IMG/VR virus record: IMGVR_UViG_3300031873_000004
Span: 15,432 to 79,431 of that record
Strand: one strand, 5' to 3'
From: a virus
DNA: 64,000 nucleotides
Position numbers and translations under genes: made by a program. The stretch's first letter is position 1; each line of letters starts with the position of its first letter. Of this stretch, positions 55,759 through 64,000 are shown one piece after another. The notes beneath the pieces are model-generated. The model was not told the origin of the DNA, ran no database searches, and saw only the letters and a program-made list of their open reading frames with translations.

Positions 55759-56381
55759 TATATCCTCCCTGATATTTGTCCTTTATTGTTTCGTTTAATA
55801 TTACACCACAACGGCTGACCGCGTTCCATTTCTTGCAAACGATGAAGTCTTGAATGTTCAGCGTTGGTCATAAGTTTCAAATTTTCAATTCTGTTATCGT
55901 CACGCACCCCGTTTATGTGATGTACCTTTTCATCTCTCGATAGATAACGACCGAGATGCTTTTCCATAACAACGCGATGTTCAGAAACGAAGCCCATAGA
56001 ACCTACGTTCGGGTGATCAGGTAGTCTGACTTCGATATAACCTGTTTTTGTTTTCCTACGATCACCACTCCAGCGATAATGTTTCGATCCTATTTTTGAA
56101 TCGGATATTTTCTTACGAGCTTCAACAGACATTGTCCATCCACTGTCAAGGTTACGTCGCACTCCTGCTTTTATTTTAGCTTTATGCTCAGGCGACAATA
56201 ATTTTCCCTTTCTCGAAGCCGCTATTTTATCACGGGTTTCTTGCGATACTATTTTTGCCGACATTCGAGCTTTAGTCTCGGGAGAATGTTTCTTTCCGTA
56301 AAAATGATTCTTATCACCTTTTAAAGATTCGGAAATTCGTTTACGAGACTCAAGACTCATTTTGCTACCTTTTACCATCAC
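55758..56381 (-). CDS. Free-standing NUMOD3-HNH homing endonuclease
   Basis: HFYGKKHSPETKARMS repeats; EHRVVME, VHHING.RDDNRIENL. Confidence 0.9.
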   Translation of the reverse strand: MMVKGSKMSLESRKRISESLKGDKNHFYGKKHSPETKARMSAKIVSQETRDKIAASRKGKLLSPEHKAKIKAGVRRNLDSGWTMSVEARKKISDSKIGSKHYRWSGDRRKTKTGYIEVRLPDHPNVGSMGFVSEHRVVMEKHLGRYLSRDEKVHHINGVRDDNRIENLKLMTNAEHSRLHRLQEMERGQPLWCNIKRNNKGQISGRI

Positions 56382-57340
56382 TTACCTCCTATATTTTCAA
56401 GAACCCCGTGCACTCGAATCGCATCCTCAGCCGTACAGCGAAGCGGCTCCCCATCGCGCAAGTGTTTCACCGCATTGTCAGCCAGGTGCAGCAGCGCCTT
56501 ATCCAGCCCCGTCCGCGTCACCTGTGCCGTAGTGCCGAGCGACTTGTACTGCCCAAAGGTCTGCTCCTGCTCTGGTTCATAGTGCCTGATTTCTTTGCCC
56601 CAGTTCGGGAATCGAAGAACACCCTTTTCGGTAACGAACTCCATCTCGAATGCTCCCCATGCTCGCGAGTCAGTGCCGACCATGTATGCCTCTTTGCAGC
56701 GATCAAACTCAAGTCGAACGGTGTAGGAAGGGTCGTCTGCTGATCGGTCGACGATGCCTCCGTGATGGAACGATACCCCCCTGCATTCTCCCAGTGCCCA
56801 GAGGAACAAATCAAGTCCGTGGCAGCCATCGTGACGTAATCCCCTGCCGTATAAACATCTGGCGTGATAAATCTCTCCGTATTGCCCGTCCCGGAGTCCG
56901 TTGAGCACGTCGCTGTGCATGTCGTCGAATCGTCTGATGTAGTCCACCATGAGCGGTATGCCAGCCTGTTTATAAGCGTCTGCAACACTGCGAGCCTCCT
57001 TGATATTGGAGCAAAAAGGTTTCTCCGCAACTACAAGTTTAGGCTTCCGTTTCAATACATCCATAAGCACTTCATGATGAGTCTCGGTCGGGGTCGCCAC
57101 AATATAAATATCTGCCAATTTAGCAACACCATGCCAACTGACAAACCCGTTGCAGTTCCATTTGGCGGAGGCGTTGTGCGTCGATGCAATACTATTATCC
57201 ATGACCCATATCAACTCCGTATCTGGATGGTTATGAAACGCGTGGGCGTGTGTGAGGATCGCGTCTGTAGTCGGGGAGTCATATCGGTCATCCTTACTAC
57301 TCCCAATTGATCCGCACCCGATAATTGCAACACTGTACAT
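56378..57340 (-). CDS. Gfo/Idh/MocA oxidoreductase
   Basis: IIGCGSIG, ATPT..H, EKP, RRF, H..D. Confidence 0.88.
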   Translation of the reverse strand: MYSVAIIGCGSIGSSKDDRYDSPTTDAILTHAHAFHNHPDTELIWVMDNSIASTHNASAKWNCNGFVSWHGVAKLADIYIVATPTETHHEVLMDVLKRKPKLVVAEKPFCSNIKEARSVADAYKQAGIPLMVDYIRRFDDMHSDVLNGLRDGQYGEIYHARCLYGRGLRHDGCHGLDLFLWALGECRGVSFHHGGIVDRSADDPSYTVRLEFDRCKEAYMVGTDSRAWGAFEMEFVTEKGVLRFPNWGKEIRHYEPEQEQTFGQYKSLGTTAQVTRTGLDKALLHLADNAVKHLRDGEPLRCTAEDAIRVHGVLENIGGK

Positions 57341-58096
57341 TTATATCACCCCCGGCGTCGTTGATTTCACTTCTGAGTTGGTAAGCAGTTCCCGATGAGT
57401 GTTGAGGAAGTGAACGAGCGCACCGGCTTGGAAGTCTGTTGAATAAAATCGCACATAATGATCATAGCAAGCGCGGAGCACTTTCAAGTCAGCCGCCGTA
57501 TCGAGTGTCAGCCGCCAGTGAGGCTTGTTCGACACCCCAACCGCATTGTGACCCGCCCGGCTGAACCACCCCTTCGGAGCTTGAGTTATATTCCAGCCGC
57601 TGTGCTCGCGGATCGCCCAGTTGGATTCAGCAATGCGGATGAGCGACTTCATCTTGTATACTTGCACGTCAAGTCCATCCGGCCACGTCCTCGGCTCAAT
57701 GTTGCTTGCGTAGTCAACCCCGTTGCGCAGTATCATAGAAACAAGAAGGTTGATGTGGCGAGGATCTGCAAATGGGCAGTCGCTGGTCACATCGACGATC
57801 ACACGGGGGCTGTATGCGCTTGCGGCTTCGAGTGTCCTGCCGAGTACGTCATCCTCGCTTCCGCAATGGACGGGCCACCCTCTTTGGCGGCACAGCTCCA
57901 CTATCGGTCTGTCCGCTTTGTTTGTTGTCGTTGCTATCACCACCTCGTCGACGGTGTTTGCCATCCTGACTCGCTCGACCGTCCACTCCAGAGCCGTCCA
58001 CGGGCCGATTTTCATCAGCACTTTTCCGGGGAGACGCGTGGAGCTTAGCCGTGCTTGAACGATTCCCAATACTTGCACCAGTTCCTCCTGTTTCAC
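57341..58096 (-). CDS. spsF: SpsF/PseF-like cytidylyltransferase (CMP-NulO synthetase)
   Basis: QARLSSTRLPGKVL, GSEDDVL, TSDCP, PDGLDV, REH, RLTLDT. Confidence 0.9.
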   Translation of the reverse strand: MKQEELVQVLGIVQARLSSTRLPGKVLMKIGPWTALEWTVERVRMANTVDEVVIATTTNKADRPIVELCRQRGWPVHCGSEDDVLGRTLEAASAYSPRVIVDVTSDCPFADPRHINLLVSMILRNGVDYASNIEPRTWPDGLDVQVYKMKSLIRIAESNWAIREHSGWNITQAPKGWFSRAGHNAVGVSNKPHWRLTLDTAADLKVLRACYDHYVRFYSTDFQAGALVHFLNTHRELLTNSEVKSTTPGVI

Positions 58097-58709
58097 TGCC
58101 GACCTCCTTGACGGTTGACACACCGTTTCGCATTGTGACCTCGAATGCTTTGTCAGCCGCTTCGATCAACTGAGGGTCATGACTGACGAGGATTATTTGG
58201 ATGTTTAATCGCTTTGATATTTCCTTCAGCATCTCGCCAAACTTACCTCGCAAATTAGCACTGATGAATTTGCCAGGTTCGTCAAGGATTATTGTGTTGC
58301 GGGTGCGCGGGGACTTGAGCGACCAGAGGGCGAAGCGGAGCGCGTTCGCCGCCACATCCACCGCACCGCCGCCGGATGCGGTCATAGGGTGAACTCTCTC
58401 GCCGTCCCGCTCGAAGTACAGCTCAGCCTCGGTGCGCTCGCGCTTGATGACAAAGTCCACCTTGAACTTGTAAGCATCGTCAAAAACCGCAGAGAGCGCA
58501 AGGCTTACCAGCTCGCTCACGTGATATTCAAGTTCTTGCTGCGTGAGCTTGGCAACCTCTTGGATGACGGCGCGCGCTTTGTCCGCAGCATCGGTGCGGG
58601 TTGTGAGCTTGTCAACACGAATGCTGGATGCGGTCAGTTCGGCGGTTATGTGGTCGCGCTGACCCTTGCGCCGGTCAATTTCGCTGCGTATGGTGCGGAA
58701 GTCTTTCAT
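57849..58709 (-). CDS. SbcC/Rad50 C-terminal half
   Basis: Signature ASGGG, Walker B IILDEP, SHD. Confidence 0.82.
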   Translation of the reverse strand: MKDFRTIRSEIDRRKGQRDHITAELTASSIRVDKLTTRTDAADKARAVIQEVAKLTQQELEYHVSELVSLALSAVFDDAYKFKVDFVIKRERTEAELYFERDGERVHPMTASGGGAVDVAANALRFALWSLKSPRTRNTIILDEPGKFISANLRGKFGEMLKEISKRLNIQIILVSHDPQLIEAADKAFEVTMRNGVSTVKEVGSETGGTGASIGNRSSTAKLHASPRKSADENRPVDGSGVDGRASQDGKHRRRGGDSNDNKQSGQTDSGAVPPKRVARPLRKRG

Positions 58710-58916
58710 TCAATCGCCAGACCCAGACACAGTATAGTTGATGTAGCCGTTTGCAACAATACTAACGGCCTCTTCTTGAGTGAGAGGTGAATCGTTCGGA
58801 ATGCAGGCTATTCCATCACTATTAATTCTAACAAATGCACGTTCGCTCGGCATAGTCCCGATTTTTCTTTTTAATTCTTCTCGTTCTTTTTTTGAATAAA
58901 CATCGTCTTTTGGCAT
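58710..58916 (-). CDS. Hypothetical protein
   Basis: RBS GGAGGTG. Confidence 0.5.
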   Translation of the reverse strand: MPKDDVYSKKEREELKRKIGTMPSERAFVRINSDGIACIPNDSPLTQEEAVSIVANGYINYTVSGSGD

Positions 58917-59105
58917 AATGTCTCACCTCCTAATCTCACCATCTCGATATGTCGGTTATATTTAAAGTTTCGGAGTTCCATTCCATACTTACTTTGAATC
59001 CAGTACCAATATCTTCTGGGATTACATGAAATGTTATCACTCCGTCAGGTGATGTTTTTGCGTATTCAACAGCTCGTTCAAGTTCCAATAACGATATATT
59101 GAATC

Positions 59106-59330
59106 TCATCTCTCCACCTGCTGATATGGTTGCGGCTTCCCTTCCTCAGCCTCTGACTTGCCGAGCAGGAAATCAAAATCGAAAGGCTGATAACCGTCAC
59201 CGTTCTGTATGATGCGCTTCGCTCCGCAGTCCATGCAAATCTGGTAAGTCGTAACTGCTGTTTCTTTTGCGGTTAACCACTCATGCCAGAACCAGCACCG
59301 TCTCCTGAAATATATGCTAACTCTGATCAT
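59106..59330 (-). CDS. Small Cys/His hypothetical protein
   Basis: C...HEW...CMDC. Confidence 0.5.
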   Translation of the reverse strand: MIRVSIYFRRRCWFWHEWLTAKETAVTTYQICMDCGAKRIIQNGDGYQPFDFDFLLGKSEAEEGKPQPYQQVER

Positions 59331-59665
59331 GAGTCAATCCTCGATGATGTTTTAACCGAGGTCGCAATCATCTTTTTCCTGGTGGCGGGATTGCGCAGAT
59401 ATTTATTAGTCTTACTCAGAGACTTCTTGCTTTGTTTCAATCGTACAGGAGGCTGCTTCTTGGCTAACAATCGGTCGAGCGTATTGTCCGGCATCGGCCC
59501 CGTACTCGGTTTCTTCGGAGCCATATCCTCGTTCATCTCGGCACGTTCTTTAGCAAGCACCGCATCGAGAATACCAATCATTTCAAAGCGAGAAAAGCCC
59601 AAGTTCTGGGTTGAGATATGAAACGTCCCGCAGTCCTCATTCAGCGTGATTATAAACTGTTTCAT
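59327..59665 (-). CDS. Hypothetical protein
   Basis: Coupled overlaps; RBS. Confidence 0.5.
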   Translation of the reverse strand: MKQFIITLNEDCGTFHISTQNLGFSRFEMIGILDAVLAKERAEMNEDMAPKKPSTGPMPDNTLDRLLAKKQPPVRLKQSKKSLSKTNKYLRNPATRKKMIATSVKTSSRIDS

Positions 59666-59904
59666 GCGACCTCCTTCATCTTCGCTTCCAGCGCATCCAC
59701 CCCGGCATCCACCTCGGCATCCAGCTTGTCGAGTTTGTCCTGCATCTCAGCAAGCAATGAACGGGCCTCATCCAAAGTGTTCACCTTGAACTCATCCCGC
59801 ATCCGGCGCTCGGTCTCCTGCGATCGTCCTTCAAGCCGAGCAAGCTCAGTCTTTGCTGTCTCGATTTTTGTTTTTAGCTGTGTCAGCTTTTCCACGGTCG
59901 ACAT
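59662..59904 (-). CDS. Small coiled-coil protein
   Basis: Heptad pattern; RBS GAGGAGG. Confidence 0.6.
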   Translation of the reverse strand: MSTVEKLTQLKTKIETAKTELARLEGRSQETERRMRDEFKVNTLDEARSLLAEMQDKLDKLDAEVDAGVDALEAKMKEVA

Positions 59905-60141
59905 CGTTCCTCCTCGATTCCGGCACCGGTGCGTGCCACGGTTCTCTGTATTTTGGCGCTTTGTGATTCATCATCCCCGCTTCGACGACCGAGCACCCTT
60001 TGTCGGTACTCATATAGCATCCGCCTTTAATTTGATCTTCGGCAAGGGCGCATCGCTGCTTGGCATGTATACAGAGCTGTTTAATGATGCGGATGCGGAG
60101 CAGTGCCACATCGTCGGTTGGCAGATCGGTATAATGCCGCG

Positions 60142-60456
60142 TCATATTTCATACACCGATAATTTTTTAAATAGGAATTCTGAATCAATTTTGCGCGAAT
60201 CTTTGCCAATTGAATCAGAGCGACCGGAGCATATCAATTCATTCTCTTCGCAAGATGTACTAACAAATCCAGCCGATGTTATTTTATCTTTTGATAAGCC
60301 AAGTCTATCCATCATCTCAACGTGAGTTATATGATCTTGAAATATCACAAAACCATACTCAGGACTTGTTATGTATTTCATATTTGCCATTATTTCTTCA
60401 CCTTGATGGTCATCGGTGCAAAGTGCTCGCACGGCTTCTGCGGGGAGTCGTCGCAC
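60142..60456 (-). CDS. Hypothetical protein (true start probably near 60390)
   Basis: MKYI..F...H...SAGF...C.GRS.S. Confidence 0.55.
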   Translation of the reverse strand: MRRLPAEAVRALCTDDHQGEEIMANMKYITSPEYGFVIFQDHITHVEMMDRLGLSKDKITSAGFVSTSCEENELICSGRSDSIGKDSRKIDSEFLFKKLSVYEI

Positions 60457-60700
60457 TCTTTCCAGAGTGTCACGCAGCTCGGCTGACCTTCGATCGGGCG
60501 GTTATAAATGCAGTCTCTCATATATCTTGGCCTGACACGCTTTCGTAAAGGGAATCAAGTTCGTCGTTAAGACGAGATATTTCATCAATTCCAGCCCTTA
60601 CATCATTTGCATATTCAGAATCATCACCTTGAGTTTTATCATAACGGCTAATAATCGATTCAAGCGTTCGGTAGGTGTTATTTTCTTATTCTTTTTCATG

Positions 60701-60976
60701 TTATTTCTCCGGGTGGATGATGTAGTATGGTGCCTTCTTACCCTTGACACCCTTGACGGGGTACATCATGCCGTTGTCATATACGAACGGCTGCCCGGAC
60801 TCAACGCGGGCTTTAAACGGACTCGCCATATCAGCCTTCGCTATACCGAGCCTGTAGCCCTCAATGCTGCCGAGAGTGTAGGCGATCCAGGTGACCATGA
60901 GGAGCACGACGATCAGTAGCCCAGCAACAGTAAGCCACAGTCCATAGAATGTTTTGCGTAGCAGATGTTTAGTCAT
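60701..60976 (-). CDS. TM protein, paralog of 61309-61581
   Basis: VESGQPFVYDNG vs VQTGKPFIFESG. Confidence 0.55.
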   Translation of the reverse strand: MTKHLLRKTFYGLWLTVAGLLIVVLLMVTWIAYTLGSIEGYRLGIAKADMASPFKARVESGQPFVYDNGMMYPVKGVKGKKAPYYIIHPEK

Positions 60977-61001
60977 AAGTTAGTTCTCCGGCAAAGCTCG
61001 C

Positions 61002-61307
61002 CTATTCGCAGCTTTTTAATTCATATTCTTTAAACCACACTTCTTCAAAGATACTATTTGACATCTTTATACCGTTTCCGCCAACAATAAGGCCAGACCC
61101 TCCCACACCTATCATTGGTGCTGTATTTTTGCCTATATAAAAACGAACTTTCACATAATGATTAGAATCATTATAAAATATTACTCCTTTAGGGCCGCCC
61201 GATTTATGACATACAGTATCCCCGATATTAAATAAAGGGATGGTTTCTCGCTCTGTTTGCGTACAGCCCGCAATGAATAACGCAAAAATAAAAATATACT
61301 TCTTCAT
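61002..61307 (-). CDS. Lipoprotein
   Basis: FIAGC lipobox; FNIGDTV.HKSGGP. Confidence 0.6.
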   Translation of the reverse strand: MKKYIFIFALFIAGCTQTERETIPLFNIGDTVCHKSGGPKGVIFYNDSNHYVKVRFYIGKNTAPMIGVGGSGLIVGGNGIKMSNSIFEEVWFKEYELKSCE

Positions 61308-61308
61308 G

Positions 61309-61581
61309 TCATTTCTCCTCCGGCCACGTGAACGAGATGACGCGGTAGGCTATCGTCTTCCCGTTCTTCGCGTGATGTACTTCCTCGATCAGTCCCATGC
61401 GCCCGCTCTCGAATATAAACGGCTTTCCGGTCTGGACGCTCTCTTGTACTGTATGCTCAACTTGCCGCATAACTGTCGATTTTAGAGCTGTATAGCCAAG
61501 CGATACTCCTGTGCAAAGTGAAAGTATAGAAAAGATTGCAATAAGAGCATTATCCGATAGCTTCATCCCACTGCTTCCCAT
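61309..61581 (-). CDS. TM protein
   Basis: N-terminal hydrophobic helix. Confidence 0.5.
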   Translation of the reverse strand: MGSSGMKLSDNALIAIFSILSLCTGVSLGYTALKSTVMRQVEHTVQESVQTGKPFIFESGRMGLIEEVHHAKNGKTIAYRVISFTWPEEK

Positions 61582-62474
61582 ACCGTCTTTTTAACCAACT
61601 CGTCAATCTTGTTCTTGGTCATATACTGCTGCAAATTGGATTTGAACGAAAGCCCGATTTCTATGTCATTGCGGAGCCGATCCACGAACGCAGACATCCG
61701 TTCATCCCGCTCCTCCGGTACGTCTATGTGATCTCGTGATATTATACCGGGTTCGTGCGGGATTGTGATGGGCTCGACGCGATTTTCATCAGCATACCAG
61801 AGCCAGACGGTTGGATGGAAGTCACCCTGTGCAGCGGTCATGCGCATCAGGCTGCCGGGGTTGAGCACGAGCGGCTCTGCATCGGTGTCAAATAGCGGGG
61901 TGTGATTGTGACCAGTGAGAATGAGGTCTGCGTCCGGGAATATGTCGCGGAGCTGGTTTGCTGAGTACCCCTCAATGAGTGGGTGCATATCGTCCGTGAG
62001 TAGCATCTCATGGAGCATAACAACTTCGGCAGCTTTCTTGTCGATAAGCGGATCGCCGTAAGCGAAACCGCTGATTCTGTCAACGGTATACCCATTGTTG
62101 AGAACTTTCACTTTGCCAGCAGCCTCAAGTACCGCGAGTCCGCTGCGCTCGTACATTGCCATGTTGTGATTCGGGATGTCGTGATTGCCCGGCACGCAGA
62201 TAATGCGATCCGGTAGGTTCGTTATTGCCCACTGAAGCAGGAATGGTGACGGTGAGTGCTTATGAAACAGGTCACCCGCAATAAGCACCGGACAGCCGTG
62301 TTCGCGCTGAAGATTCGATACAAATGCGACTTTGCGTTCTTGTGCCAACCAGTAGTCATCAGTGCGGGCTGATGGAACATCGTCCCTGAGATGCCAATCG
62401 GCAGTAAGAATAGCCAATACCTGTTTCGGCGCAAGGTGCGTACAATCGACTTCTTTCAGGACTTTACCACGCAT
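61563..62474 (-). CDS. sbcD: SbcD/Mre11-like nuclease
   Basis: ADWH, GDLF, GNHD, GHNH, NPGS. Confidence 0.9.
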   Translation of the reverse strand: MRGKVLKEVDCTHLAPKQVLAILTADWHLRDDVPSARTDDYWLAQERKVAFVSNLQREHGCPVLIAGDLFHKHSPSPFLLQWAITNLPDRIICVPGNHDIPNHNMAMYERSGLAVLEAAGKVKVLNNGYTVDRISGFAYGDPLIDKKAAEVVMLHEMLLTDDMHPLIEGYSANQLRDIFPDADLILTGHNHTPLFDTDAEPLVLNPGSLMRMTAAQGDFHPTVWLWYADENRVEPITIPHEPGIISRDHIDVPEERDERMSAFVDRLRNDIEIGLSFKSNLQQYMTKNKIDELVKKTVWEAVG

Positions 62475-62643
62475 ATTTCATCCTTCTCGAATTGATAGGT
62501 GATGAACTGGTTTGTATAACCACGTCCACATTGCGGACAACGAGTAATATGAGAATCGGATACCCATAGTTCATTCGGCCATCCGCAAATGCATAGAATA
62601 CCGCATGTCGGGTCGGCAGTAGCTTGATTACCTTCGTGTAGTT

Positions 62644-63696
62644 TCATCGAACTATACCTTGACCGCACAACAAGCATTCATCGCCCATTTCGATCTTGTA
62701 TATCTCGATCATATTCTTGAGCAGGTTGCGCCCATTGATCTGTTTATCCCAGCAAGTGGTCGCTTCGAGTATCAGCGTTTCGAGCTTGCCGATTTTTGTA
62801 TGTACCGAATAGGCTTCATTCTCCTTTGTCCAGACGGTTGCAAACTCCGGCTCCAAGTTGACGATGCGATCCAGCGCGATGAGTCCGGGTTGTATTTCAT
62901 CCCTCAACGTATCGGCAAGAACATGAAGGGTGTGAATTTTGTTGTTGAGTATTTCAGCCTCACCGTCAACCTTCAGCACAGCATCCAACCATGGCGCAAG
63001 GTCGGCAACCAGTTTCACCCTATCTCGATTTCCAGCCGCTTCGGTAGCCGTGAGCACCAGCCGGTTCAACTCGGCCTCTTTCGAGCGCAAACGGGTCAAA
63101 TCCGCGTTTAAATCCTCAAGACGCGTTAGCATACCATCCAGCTCATCCAAGCCGTCAAAAGCAGCTTTCTGAGCGTTTAGGGTGGCTATCTGAGCTACCT
63201 CTCGTTCCATATCCGAGTTGGCAGCCCGCACCATGCGATTTGCAGCGGTCAATGCCTTGTCGATGTCCTCCAGCCCAACCACCTCGTTGAGCGTCTGGGC
63301 TACTTCACCTGCCGAGGATGCCAAAAGAAAGGGACTATCCATTTGGCCTTGAATGTTGACAGAATTGAGGTTGAGCACCTTGGCAATAGACTCCGGGACT
63401 GTCATTCCCATCGCCTTCATCACCTCGGCATTTAGCTCATACTGGTTACCGTCTTTATCCTTGGTGCGGGCTATCCAGTTTCCGTCAGTCAAGTCAACTC
63501 GGCATTCGGTTACGCCACCCCACGATGAGCGGAATGCGTCACCTGATGGACGGTTAGTGATAATCCAGTTCAAGGCACGAAGGATTGCAGTCTTCCCTGA
63601 GTCGCTTTCGCCCACTATACAATTTACACCAGGAGCGAAGTTGAGAATACTGTTCTTGTGACTTTGAAAGTTAGAAATTGAAAGTGATTTTAACAT
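62644..63696 (-). CDS. SbcC/Rad50 N-terminal half ending in CxxC
   Basis: NFQSH, GESDSGKT, Q-loop, coiled coil, CLLCG. Confidence 0.88.
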   Translation of the reverse strand: MLKSLSISNFQSHKNSILNFAPGVNCIVGESDSGKTAILRALNWIITNRPSGDAFRSSWGGVTECRVDLTDGNWIARTKDKDGNQYELNAEVMKAMGMTVPESIAKVLNLNSVNIQGQMDSPFLLASSAGEVAQTLNEVVGLEDIDKALTAANRMVRAANSDMEREVAQIATLNAQKAAFDGLDELDGMLTRLEDLNADLTRLRSKEAELNRLVLTATEAAGNRDRVKLVADLAPWLDAVLKVDGEAEILNNKIHTLHVLADTLRDEIQPGLIALDRIVNLEPEFATVWTKENEAYSVHTKIGKLETLILEATTCWDKQINGRNLLKNMIEIYKIEMGDECLLCGQGIVR

Positions 63697-63700
63697 ATCA

Positions 63701-63949
63701 CCACGACCACGACCGCGACCACGACCACGACCCCGACCGCGACCACGACCACGACCACGACCGCGACCCCGACCCCGACCACGACCCCGACCGCGACCGC
63801 GACCCCGACCACGACCACGACCACGACCGCGACCCCGACCCCGACCACGACCCCGACCACGACCCCGACCACGACCCCGACCACGACCCCGACCCCGACC
63901 ACGACCGCGACCACGACCGCGACCGCGACCACGACCGCGACCCCGACCA
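63701..63949. repeat. Hexamer array (CGACC[A/G/C])n, probably encoding a (W/G/R-S)n protein 63698-63973 on minus strand
   Basis: About 41 units with a single variable base. Confidence 0.85.
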
Positions 63950-64000
63950 TTTCCGATAGCGTCCTCGTATCATGTGGGTGTCCCTTTCTGGCGGGCCTAT

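Noticed and set aside
45852-58096. Host flagellar glycosylation island flanking a prophage
   Set aside because: No flagellin or host genes; interleaved with phage ORFs and shares regulatory motifs with the replication arm
338-63661. Numerous antisense or nested ORFs in the six-frame track
   Set aside because: They overlap well-supported genes and have no recognisable motifs or RBS
45165-63973. Hexamer arrays as CRISPR arrays or DGR variable regions
   Set aside because: No repeat-spacer structure, no cas genes, no reverse transcriptase, and no TR/VR pair differing at adenines in the window
1-64000. Alternative genetic code, introns or inteins
   Set aside because: Core genes are full length under the standard code and show no intein or intron interruptions

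Overview
The window is a large part of a tailed dsDNA phage genome (HK97-type head, Mu-like contractile tail); no host housekeeping genes are visible. Left arm (minus strand, 1-8 kb): replication and regulation (C5 methyltransferase fragment, DnaC-like loader, initiator with iterons, primase-like, SNF2 helicase, ligase, sigma-like factor). Centre (plus strand, 8.3-44.7 kb): terminase; about 12 kb of lysis and appendage-like genes; portal; a block of probable capsid-cargo genes (including a bacterioferritin and a zincin); MuF, protease, capsid, neck and a complete Mu-like tail. Right arm (minus strand, 44.7-64 kb): the two most notable items. (1) A phage-encoded nonulosonic-acid (pseudaminic-like) pathway (PseB, DegT aminotransferase, GNAT, NeuB, SpsF/PseF, oxidoreductase) with a Maf-family protein glycosyltransferase. 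(2) An integrase-less array of five integron attC-like cassettes inserted in that operon, with every ORF antisense to the attC orientation. Also present: a split SbcC plus SbcD, a free-standing HNH, two hexamer arrays, a 4-copy 70-bp periodic element, a 4-copy non-consensus promoter class and a structured RNA leader. All calls come from motif reading by eye; no database searches were run.
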